DNA of 64,000 nucleotides, taken from contig RHPI01001737.1 of NCBI GenBank assembly GCA_009103225.1, forward strand, positions 1 to 64,000. Direction: 5' to 3'. Numbering within the stretch: position 1 is the stretch's first letter; the number at the start of each line of letters is the position of its first letter. Positions 26,247 through 37,599 of the stretch are shown here, piece by piece. The position numbers and the translations under genes are program-made. The notes under the pieces were generated by a model that was given only the letters and a program-made list of their open reading frames with translations, ran no database searches and was not told the DNA's origin. The stretch comes from Chlorokybus atmophyticus. Its lineage: Eukaryota; Plantae; Mesostigma and Chlorokybus algae.

Positions 26247-28885
26247 CTACCGCTCATTATCGCTCCAGGTATCAACATCACGTGCTGCATTTTCTCCTGC
26301 ATCCGCCTGCCAACACAATGCGAATCAGCTACACGCTGTTCTGTGCAATGTCGTTGGCTGCCACAGATTAGCATAAACTCCATACCAGTACGTCTTCAAG
26401 TATTCCGGTTGGAATGGGCGGCGCCCAAACTAATATCTGACGATCATTGCCGGTCGTATACAGCTCTGTGTCATTTAGTTGAAAGCAGCAGCAGCTCACC
26501 TACAGAAATACACACAATAAAAAATTCGCTCGACCGACAGGACAGTACACACATGCGCACACCTCCTCAAGGTGTCCACGCAGGCGCGTGAGCTCCTCGC
26601 CTGTGGCGACGTCATATATGCCAACAGTCGTGCCGCCCGGCATGCATGCAACGCGTCCGTCGGAAGAAACTGCCATCTGCGATCCTTTGCTCGCACGGCT
26701 GCGCGTGTTGGGATAATGCACGATATAATGCGAGCCTGTCTCCACATCCCACAACCGCGCGCGCGAGTCCGTTCCCATGCTTAACAGGCGCTGACCCTGC
26801 AAAGATGACTCATCAAAAGCAAGCTAATGCGAGACAGTGCGCCCTGGCTACCTGTATACGACTTACCTCGGGAGTGGTAGCAATTGCGGTTATTGCACCA
26901 TCGTGCGCTTGTGCCCAATTTGGTGTTTCGGGCCTACCTCCACCTCCACCTCCAAGATCTCGGTCCACTTGTTTGCCGCGTTTGCCTGAAGCTGCACGAA
27001 CACAACTTGCTCATGCTGTGATACAGGCGCAAAACCGCAAACATGCACAAGCGCTGGTGATCTAATCAACAGCCGCAATATAACACTGGAAGCAAGACGT
27101 GAACATCAACACAGCTACTCACTCACAAGAGGACCTCAAACGGCTGCGTGCTGGAGTGCGGATGCTTGTGTGCGTACGATGCTGGTCAAAGACAACAACC
27201 GGACCACCTGGGCTCCTGACAAAGGCAAATGAGCAGCACATCAGCTTCCCATCTGATTTCAAAAAACCAAGTCCATTACAAACACTCCTTAAAACAAAAC
27301 AAACACATGCCACACAAATAGGCTTGCATGACAGCCATGCTGTGGATTCAATAACCGGCTTCAATGTGCGTGGCGTAATCAAGGTGAGACTGCACCTCAC
27401 GTCCCACGCAGCAAGGGTCCCGTCTTTGCCACCAGAGTAGAGTCGCCACTCCCTCGTGCGGTCCCAGGTGAGAGCAAGCACGCCATCACGGTGGCCACCA
27501 GCCAAGGCATGCGTGTCAGCACCGCTCACAATGTCAATCAACCGCACGCGCGTTTCAGAAGCGCCCGTAGCAACAAGCGAGTGGGAGGAGGCGCACGCAG
27601 ATAGCGCCATTGCATAGACCTGTATTTGTTACAAATATGTCACACAGCCCAGGTTCTGCAAAACATGTGCAGTGGAAGTCGTGCTGTGTCCACATGGCAC
27701 ACCATGTTGTGACACATCGCAGAGTCACACGTGTGCGCGCGCACACAAGCGTGCCAGGACACAACAAACAAAAAGCCAACAACCCTGCATGCACTTACTT
27801 TTGAGCCCAGGTTAAAGGATGCGGCCTTCTCCAAACTGTTAGCATCCCAAACGCCGACTGTGCCATCAAAACTCCCAGTCACAAACAACCCTATACACAA
27901 ACGAAAAGAATGAGACCGTATGCGTAAAACAGCTGCTGTTTATGACAGCTGGACGGTCAGCGAAAGCAGGACCATTAGATCACAAGCAACCGCAACACTT
28001 GAAGCAGGTGAGCGACGCATATCACCTGTATCCACAGGGTACCATGCTGCGCAGGACACTGCATATGCGTGCGCCCGCTCAACTTGTGCTGTTGCTGTGT
28101 GGATCGCAACTCCAGCCTCTCTCCTTGACGGAACCTGCATGCGTATGTGTGTGTGCTTGTGTTCTGTGGCATGTATTGAGAAGGAGAAGCAAAGGGTTGC
28201 TTGCACATAAGCGTGTACAAGCGTGCAATAACCTCGAGATCATATAGCGCCACGGATGCATCAGATGCGCCCGCGAGCAGCCACCTTCCCTCTGTAAGAT
28301 CAACCTGCAGGATCACCAAGCATGTGTGCCATCAGCATGTACGCAACGCATCAAGCTCAACAAAATGCGCCTTGAACTGCTGCACTGTCACCACACCCGC
28401 ACAACACGTACAGCGCAACAAGTCTACATCAACTCTGCTGTGCATGCAAGACGCATTAGTAAGAATTGTGAAGCAGCGCATGCTTGTGCGTTGGGTAACA
28501 GCTTATTGGCCAATGCAACTGCGTTCTTCTACAACTGCATGGCATACCAACCGGTTTCATTCTGCTATGCTTCTGCGTGGACACTACATGCATGACAGAA
28601 AGATTTAACTACGCCCGACCAGATCAACCACACAATCACGCAAGCATGGGCGGCCATTTCATTGTTTTGATTGGCACAGCTCACCTGCAGGGTGTTGACG
28701 CCAGCGCGGTGGGCCGGGGCAACCTCTTTTAGCGGGTGCAGGGCCAGCGGAGGAAGGAGATCTGAAGAGCTGCGTCCGCCCACCGACCCAGCAGAGCCTC
28801 GCCCCAGCAGCTTGCGCCTTAGCAGCAGTGCCGCCGCAGCTGGGCAGCTGAGTCCCGCCTCCCTGCCTTTCAGCGCGCGGTACAT
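26247..28885 (-). CDS. CSA: DNA excision repair protein ERCC-8 / Cockayne syndrome A homolog (WD40), multi-exon
   Basis: MYRALKGREAG N-terminus; HRAGVNTLQ|VDLTEGRWLLAGASDASVALYD, FVTGSFDGTVGVWD, HRDGVLALTW..LYSGGKDG..AWDVR, LLSMGTDSRARLWD, LRGHLEEV, ELYTTGNDRQILVW; C-terminal DVDTWSDNER*. Confidence 0.85.
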
Positions 28886-29022
28886 CCACCACCTCAGAGG
28901 CACTGGCAGCCTAGTTGCTTGGCCTGCTGGCCTCTCCTACCGGCTCCCTGCTGCTCCGTGTGACCCGCGCCCGCAGCACTCTTCACCACCACCGCCTCCG
29001 CCTCCGCCTCCGCCTCCGCCGT

Positions 29023-29600
29023 TAAGCTTGCTGATTGTCCATGTTGTCGATGCTGTAGCAGGCAGTAGTTTACTGCACACACCTCGGGCAAGAGGCTGGT
29101 GCAGTGAGCTACCGCCTGCTAAGGTGCTGCAGCTCGGCGGCAGAGACGAGGGGCTTCTACTGGCATGGCTTGGTGCGAGAAGGTGGCGGTGGAGGTGGCG
29201 GCGGCTGATGGAATCTTTTGGCGTCCCTAGCTGCTGCAGCAATCACCGACAGCTGATATGACTTCCTGGCTTTCCGAGGCGGGCATGGGGTAGGTCAGCA
29301 CGCCTGCAGCTGCGGGTTAGGCGTTGCAAACCACTTCCCTCTCTCCGATGCTTGCTGACGTAGTGAATTTAGCATTGAGCTTGGCAGTCGGTCAATGCAA
29401 CTACATACGCTCCTGCTGCAGTGAATGCATGGTTGCACAGCATAACGAACTGCGGCCAGCATGCAACCTGATGTTCCCAACGCCGACTGGCCAATGCAGA
29501 CAAATCATGCTTCTCACTTTGTCCCCAATGTAGACAATGAGGCGTAGTCACACATGACTGCAATCTGTAATCTACAGCACAGTCACCAGCTGGCAGAGGT
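29023..29600 (-). pseudogene. Diverged inverted copy of the 3' part of the mosaic lyase-like gene; matches 50932-51142 joined to 53918-54300
   Basis: Reverse complement aligns by eye (e.g. GTCTACATTGGGGACAA, GCATTGGCCAGTCGGCGTTGGGAAC, TACGTCAGCAAGCAT, GGAAAGCCAGG, TTCCATCAGCCGCCGCCAC, CCCCTCGTCTCTG). Contains in-frame stops. Confidence 0.75.
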
Positions 29601-30065
29601 TGATGCGGATTAGATGCCTGCCTGTGCGAACGACACACAAATCCACAAATTGGATGTTGCTGTTCTTCAGTTGACATTGACAGCATCCCGTTGAAGTAGT
29701 CGCGCCTTCATTAGTAGCTGTTGGCTATGAGCTTGGAATGTCACAGCAGTGTAGATGACGGCGCAGTCGATGTGCACTTCTCTCTGTCATCCGAGTTAAA
29801 CTCTTGTGCAATGCTTCAAGGCATTCTGGTGTGACAGTCCCCAGGCACACACAGCAGTTAGGGAGTATAAGTCAGGCACTTATCTCAAAACTTCAGAACC
29901 ATCAACCGTGGGGACGCTTTTCCTCTGTTGAGCAGTACACTCTCATCAGCATTCAGTCCAACCAGCATGGCTAAGACAAGGGCCAGTGGTACCTTACCAG
30001 CAAGGCACGCATTACCGACACGTAGCACGCAGTGAACTAACTGACTGACCTTCTCCTCTGTCCAG

Positions 30066-32246
30066 GTGTGGGTGCTGCTGCTATGCGCGGTGATAGTCGC
30101 CTCATTTGAAAGCTTTGCGCTTGCCACTCGTGACCGTAATGACGGTGACGGTGATGATGGCGCGCTGCTTACCAAGTTTGGTCTCCTTCCCCTTGGCGAT
30201 CTCACCACGACTGATGAAGGCGGACCGTACTTCATTCCCCAAGTCCAGCAGGCTGAAGTGCAAGGTGCGCAGGTCTGCATGCATGTGCATGTGTCTGGGT
30301 GTGTGCGCGTGTCTACATGTGCATTGGGTTGCTTGCAGGCTGAGCTTCTGGTGAGGCTTTTGGCATTCTGTACAAGTTTGACAGTCAGGCTGGTGGAACT
30401 GCATTCTCAAACGGCAGCTGTGTTGCAGCTGCGATTGCCGCCAAGGCAGGCCGCCAGGAATCCTTGACAGGGATGTGCTCAACCTCCTGGCCAGCACAGA
30501 GTGCTTGGAGGCTCGCTTCAACACGTTTGCAGCATTCGGTCAGGACATTCCGCTCGTCCTGCTGTCCAGTACCGGTACGGGATTCGCCCGGGCCATCGGT
30601 GGCAGGTACCTTTGTGCAGGCATGCAGCAATTGTGCAGTATTGGTCTTCCATGATACTCAGTTTGTTTCTGCCATGCGGTCATACGTGCAACTGTGAAAA
30701 TAACAGGAAGGCAAGGCTGAGCAACCAGCTGCAGCCCTGGGCTGAAGAGGTGACATTGGACGAGCAAGGCCACGTGCGGTAAGTTGTGACAGACGTGTCA
30801 TGTAGCCAATATGGCTACATGACACCGATTATGCCCATGGTACGCATGAACTCATCCCCGTGTATGCGCACACACAGAATGATCCGCGAGGTGCTGGCGG
30901 AGCGCTCAGTGCCGTGTCCTGTCGTGGATATCGACGTCGGATTTACCAAGTTCTTCAATGCTGCCATCGGCAAGCCCAGCAACCCTCGCTTCGACTGCTA
31001 CAAAGATGACATCCGCTTTCTGCTGTGCACATGGGCCGTTGAAGGTCAGTTGGCTTCCGTGTACACCATATACATTGCTTCGGTAGTTTGGTACCGCGTT
31101 TGCTGCTATTTTAATGAGCCTTACTGCTGCTGATTTGCCAGAGATCGGCGCCACTGGAGACAAGGTAATCCACCCTACTTGCATACTGTTGGTTGTGCTA
31201 GGCAGCAATTGATGTCACACGCGCAATGTCTCCCACGTGTGTTTTGTCTCTCTTGTTATCCGAATTTGTCTATTCTTGCACGGATGCTGTCGTAACTCAT
31301 TGTTACTCCGAGTTACATCTCCTGTACCTGGAATGCTATGAGACTACTTCCTTATTAGGATGACTATTTTGGAAATAGGGTTCCATTCTCCTAATAAGCA
31401 ACCCCGGTCTTGCGGATGCAATGGCGCGGCTGGCAGGGTCTGCAAGTTACCAGTCAGCGGTGGACAGGCAGCTGCTTTGGGACCGCCGCAACTAAACGGT
31501 TGAAAAGTACGCCTTACGCGTATTCGAGGTGGTGCAGAAAGTGTCGGACCTCCGCAACTTCCTTGACGGGCCTCTCAACGACGACCAGGGTCTATACAAC
31601 TTTGATACGAACTTCATCACTGTCCCCACCCTGAAGATTAACAATGTGCCCACCGACATCCGTGGCCTCACCTGTAGCCGCACACCCAAGCAGGTGACCC
31701 GTGTGTGCAAATGCATGTGAGGAGTACTAGTCACGTGTAGGAGGAGACACACCCACGCACGCATGCACACGTGTGCGCCAGGTTCTGCATATTTTGACCT
31801 TGGGCTCGGAGAACGGCCACTGTGGGTTCTTCCCCAACGGTGTGAACAGCAAAGTCCGCAACACCATCGGCTTCGCCGACCAGGCCAACGGCTTCGCAGG
31901 CTATTGCGGCAACAGGATCACCGTCAAAACTCTGCGCCAAGTAAGTAACAGTGGTTGCATGACCCAAGCCCGGCGCTTGAACTGCTTGTTGCATTCTTCA
32001 CACAACATTTGGGCGTTGTATTAGGCTGGCAGAGCGTTCTTGCTGAATGAGAACAACATCATCCCGGCTCTGCACCCGAGGCAGTCCAGTTGGAGGCCTC
32101 CGGTGCGGAGTACGGCCCCGGCTTCAACATCACCAATCTGGGCACAGGGCTACCCATCCCTATGCGGACATCTTTGTGCCGCGTGGCAGTCGTTGAAGGT
32201 GTGGAGGATACCATTGGCAACAATGCATCGGACTTTGTGTGTGTAG
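30066..32246 (+). pseudogene. Desiccation-related protein PCC13-62-like (ferritin-like fold), secreted; apparently disrupted
   Basis: Hydrophobic signal segment; DVLNLLASTECLEARF, EEVTLDEQGHVR, FDCYKDDIRFLL, KVSDLRN, TDIRGLTCSRTPKQVLHILTLG...GFFPNGVN. In-frame TAA at 31493-31495 and a probable frameshift at ~30470. First exon and true stop uncertain. Confidence 0.7.
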
Positions 32247-34395
32247 CACTTTGGGTGGCACAGAACTGTCGTGTCGTGTTGCGTAGTGGTGTATTCCTGG
32301 TTCCGGCGGTTTAGTACGTGTTCGTAGAGTGTGACACGTGCTGTAGCATAGCGATTGTGCCGTTGTGTGGGTACTTCACAATACCCAATTTTCTGCCATG
32401 TGCTTGCAGTTTGTCACGGGGGGCTTGTGACTGCCTATACAGACTTGAACCCATGTACATCAGTATGATCAAGTAGTGTTCCTATACAGACTGATTGTCA
32501 TGCCGTGCATGCGTGCATGAGAGACAGCTGTGCACACTACATGCATGCCTTTCACAACGCTGCGCAACCCCATCATCAAGTGCAGTGTGTTGTTCGGTGC
32601 GCTTGGTGGTTTATGCGTTATTGTTGATGTGTTATTTGGTGCGCTAATGCGCACATGTTCGCTCTGCACTTGATGATGGGATTGTGCAGCATTACTTGAT
32701 TGTGCAGCATTGCTTGATCGCGTGTGCCATTGGCGCGTGGGTCACGGATAACATGTCTATCACAAGTAGCACACAGCAACTGAAAACAGTGCAGTGTGTT
32801 GTTGAGTGCGCTTGGTGGTTTTATTGCTGGTTCATACATGATGCTACTTTGAATACACACACTGACTGTAGACCCATTCGCTCATGCAGCATGGCCAAGC
32901 CTGGCCAGGCCTGGATGCGGCAACTTGCGCATGAGTGTGTGTGGTGAGAGGCCTGGCCATGTTGTTTGTGCTGCTAGTGCAGTATGTCTTGCTAGTCATA
33001 CTTAGTAGTATCGCCCTACCCTATGAGATATGTGCGCACGCACATACACATGTGTACAAAAGGTTTTACGCCTCATATGTTGCATGCAAGGGGTGTGCGC
33101 CTTCGTGCACTTATGCCAAATATGCAGCTTGCCCACGTCATGCTCAACACACACAACCATGCTAAATCATTCATCATGCTAAATAATGCTAATACATAGC
33201 AGACAGTGCCATCGGGTTAAGCCAGGCAGGCAGGTAGCAGTCAGCAAACGGCAACAAACACAAGCTGCGAGGGGCTGGCCGAACCCCCATGCTAGCCAAC
33301 ACCGCACCTGCAGGGTTGTGCTCGCACGCTTCCCCATCAGCCACACAAACCACCAACGCGTGTGTACACCACATGTAGTGATGTACGCTTGAATTGTGTA
33401 CTCGCAAACATGCACGCGCGCACGCACGCTCACGTAGGGAAAGCTTGTGCAAGTCTGCGGGCTGACCCAAGCCCGCAATAAACAGCTTTGTGTTGTTTAC
33501 TAATCTTCATTGTCATGTCAGACATGGCACTGCAAACATGGTGCTCGGCGATTCAGAAAAGAAAAAGTGAAACCCACAGGTGGTCAGATCACCAAAGATG
33601 GATAGTGCCCTGTTACTAAGATATCTTACTAGGGCTTTCTGGTCTGGAACATCCCTATACGACTGTGTTGCAGTCACCGCAGGGACAAACTCTCGGAGTA
33701 ATACTTCTTATTCAACTATAAGTATTATGTGAAAATCAATGATGAATAACCTTGAACGTTTTTCTACCCCAATCGCTCCAGACAAGTCTGTTGTGACATT
33801 CCACTATTGCTATTTACTATTACATATCAATACCTTCACTAAACGTAAACGGAGACTCACAGCAGCCTCCAGAGAGGTGATGTGACATGCACCCATCCTC
33901 ACACTGCACAAAGGACACGATACACCCTGTACTTTAAACCTTGAGATTCCCTCTATTGTAGGGGACACAAAGGATAAACGATATCAGGGTGTACTGTGTG
34001 TACTCTATGTACGCCTCTGCTGTAGGGGACAAATAGGATAAACATTTGTTTATCCTATTGTCATGGTGATATCTACAGATAAAGTTCCTGGGTGACTGCC
34101 ACCAGGCGCAGCCTCCTTGCGCCTGGACCGATACACATACTACTCGTACGCAATCCCTGCTGGATATAGCAGACAACCGAGTACACTGTTTTGTGTACCA
34201 CTGACGCTACTAGCCGACGCACTCAGTGAATTGCACGTGTTGTTGTGTGTGTCCGCACGTGAGTGAGTGCATCGACTGACTCCACAGCTCATGTTACCTA
34301 TTGAGTGGAGTCACAGACTGTGAGAGGAAGAGTGGTGCTCCCAACAGTCTAAGATACACGTACCACAATGTACCGAATGCCGCTCAGTAGGTCAC

Positions 34396-34441
34396 GCCTC
34401 TCTCCTGCCCTCTACAGGGCTGTAGAGGGCAGGAGAGAGGC
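34396..34441. repeat. Perfect 22-bp inverted repeat with a 2-nt loop
   Basis: GCCTCTCTCCTGCCCTCTACAG-GG-CTGTAGAGGGCAGGAGAGAGGC. Confidence 0.9.
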
Positions 34442-35249
34442 TCAGCAGGGTGGCCTAGAGTAAAGGGACATGTATAGCCGCCCCTACTGGATGCAGGAAA
34501 TGTGTTTGAGTGTATATAATTGTGTATGTGTGCTACTGGGTATAGAACACCATAAAGATTATACGGACGGAACCAAAGACAACGCACCTGCACTGGAGGC
34601 AGGCGATCCTCTTTGTGCTGCAATGTTAAGAACAGAACAACGTCAGCCCTGCACCACCTGGCAACAGAAGAGGAGGGGAAGGCGTTTACCATTAACATGG
34701 AGTCCAAGTGCGTCTCCATGCCACTCCTGCGCATGCATGCAGCGGTAAGTGGCGAAAGTGATGACGCCAGCTTGCAAGCCTTGTGCCTTGCAATTCTATT
34801 GCAAAAGCAATGCAATGGTCAGCTGCAACTGTGGTTGGTTCTGTTCTCCGAATTCATGCATAGCTGTGAGGAGATAGGCTTACCCATAAGTAGAAGTTTG
34901 GTAACAGTACAACGTACAGGGTTCTACGCATGTGTGACGCAGCATCAGTCTGCCACGTTTGTTGACCAGCCTCAGCACGACACAAGTTGTCACACAATAT
35001 CCGTCTTCACCTCAAGCTGCCAGTCCACTCTTACACCATACCTGTGAGCAGCTTTGCACTATGACACAGACGCAACATTTCTCCCGTTGATTGAAGTCTA
35101 AGGGGAAGCAGTGATCGGCGCACAAGCACGAAACAACAGGTATGCTTACCCAACGTTTGGTTGCGTTGCACAAACAAGGATGTTCCTATGCTATGTGCAT
35201 TTGTTTGCTGACTGGGCTCCAAACCTGTCGGTGGCTGGAGCAGAACCGC

Positions 35250-36975
35250 ATGGCGATGCCGATGCTGGCACTGTCTCTCCTGGAAGTGGTGGCATTGCTA
35301 CTGCAGCCCTTAGCCGCGCAGATGATACTCGCATCGGGCCACGTGGTGTGCGACACGTGTCTGTCTGTTGAGGATGGCGGCGTGACATACCCCATCGCAG
35401 GCGTGGTGATGAAGATTGCGTGCACCGCCACGGACGGGAGCTTGCCATTGCAGCGGTGGCCGAGGACAGACCGGAACGGGATCTGGCAAGCATCACTGCC
35501 ATCCGTCGAGTTCGCTAAGGCTATCGGCAGGACCCTCTCCGGGTGCCGGGTCCAAGCGTACAGACCCGCACCTGGCAGTAACTGCACGGTGTACATGGGC
35601 ATCACTCCCTGCAGCAAAGACTACACCATGCCAGCAGTACGTGACAGGCACATGCACTGCATGCATGAAGAGTGCTGTAGTTATGACACATACACACACG
35701 GCTGCACCTGGCTTGACGCGTACATGCGCATGTACACGACTCATGCGCCGTATGCGAGTGACATGCAGGTACCTTACATGTGAATCACTAAACGCAACGC
35801 ATGTGATATGGTACATGCAGCTGTGGTTGATATGCTTGCATGCATGCATGCATGCTAAGGGCATTGCAGCTTCCTATTCTTCCATCGACCATATGTGAGG
35901 TTACCTCTGCCAGCTGTCTAACAACACGAATCCAACATGGAGCGGAAGCGATCAGTGTTACACGCCTGTTGGATCGATAGACTCCCGGGCGCCACTGCCG
36001 GCAACCAACTCGCTGGCGACGCTGAGGAGCACGCATCCGCGCCTGATGGTGAACGTGGACACGCTGCCAATAGTCCGCGCATCGTGCGAACCCGTCAACT
36101 CCGCACAGAGCTTCCTCCCTGGTTTATGCAGTGGCAATTCCGACGACACCTACGCGCTTGTATCTGATGGCAAACTCAATGCCGATCTGAGTTCTCACGC
36201 GCAACTTCATGGACCGCATCGCTATCATAGCAGGCTCCTACCTGGTCAGTGAATGAAAGGTCCATTACACAAGGCAGAATGTGTGTGATGCTGATGGTGT
36301 GTTGCGCAGATCAATGGCGAGAACGCTCTTGCGGCGAAGGCGCCGGCTTATGCGTTGTACATAACAATGTTGGACAACGTTACCTGGACAGGTGGTGCTA
36401 AGCCTTCCCCTGGGTACATGACAGCTGGACAGTACCTGGCCGCCCTTTCGTATGCTTACGACTGGCTGAACGGCTATCTCTCCAGCAATGACAATACGGT
36501 ACGCGTTGGTCGTTGAGCGCTTTCATGTTTCCATGTGCTGATATGTGTCGCACACGCACAGGCAATGTGGAATGCTGTCCTCAACAAGGCCTTCCTGCCT
36601 TCTCCGCAAACAGACAACTACAGACTGCCCGATATCGACTTCCTCGCTCAGATTGACAACAACATTGGTATCAACTCACTGTACGGCTGGGTTATGGCTG
36701 CTCTTGCCTTTGCAGAACGCAATGCCGTGCTTTGTGCATAAGTAAGCACGCTGTAGCTGTTGCTGTTGCTGTTGTGGTCGAGGTCGAGGTCGTGATCGTT
36801 GCCGTTGTTGTCGCCATCATTGTCATTATAATAGTTGCCTGACTCCGCAATACACACGCATCAGACAACTAGTCTTACATGTTGCATAAACAGATCTTGA
36901 GGAGGGCTTTGGTATTGGTGTGGAGGACGACGCTGATGTATCATCCGAACGGGGCGTGGACGGAGGGCACAACGT
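35250..36975 (+). pseudogene. 5' part of a secreted mosaic gene: signal peptide, Pollen Ole e I-like domain, N-terminal half of a heparinase II/III-like lyase
   Basis: MAMPMLALSLLEVVALLLQPLAA; GHVVCDTC..GVVMKIAC..TDRNG..W..CRV..C; HPRLMV; LSYAYDWL; NN..N..GWVMAALAF; YHPNGAWTEGTT at the element border. Premature TAA at 36739-36741, just before a GTAAG donor. Confidence 0.75.
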
Positions 36976-37599
36976 CGTCACCAAAGTGTAGACGAGTTGT
37001 TTCAACATAGCATTAGCATTGCCTCACGTTACTTTGTATTGAACTAACAAAGATTACTGAAGTGGCATTGGTTGAATGCTCATTGTACAATGCCTGTTGT
37101 TAACATGTCGCACATGCATGCAATTGCTATCGCCTTGACGACGATTGCTTTGAAACTGATTGCATGCAAGGTTGGTGTTGTGCAACGTTGAACAAAATAG
37201 ATGTTGATGCATGCACATGTCATATGGTTCTAACGCTGATGCAACATGCATGTGTTATCAACACAACCCCTTGTGCCAAGCGTTGATGTTGTGTTGTTGC
37301 AGCATCACTTGACCTTACATCAACGGTCGTTGACATGATGTAGTCTGCACGTTGCAGTCATATTGAATAGGTACCTGTTCAATGTGAATGCAAAGTGCCA
37401 ATCAAGAACATTGTGGTTACAATACATGTCGCGCTCGATGTGAGCGCTGGAAGTTCAAGTCCACACTGGTCCACTAGGACACAACGCTTGTAGAACTCTG
37501 CAAGTGTGCCCTTGTGGGGTTCTACAAGGGTTGTGCCGTTGTGTCGTACTACACAAGCTAACACAATCAACTGCTACTGCATGCAAGCACAACTACCAC

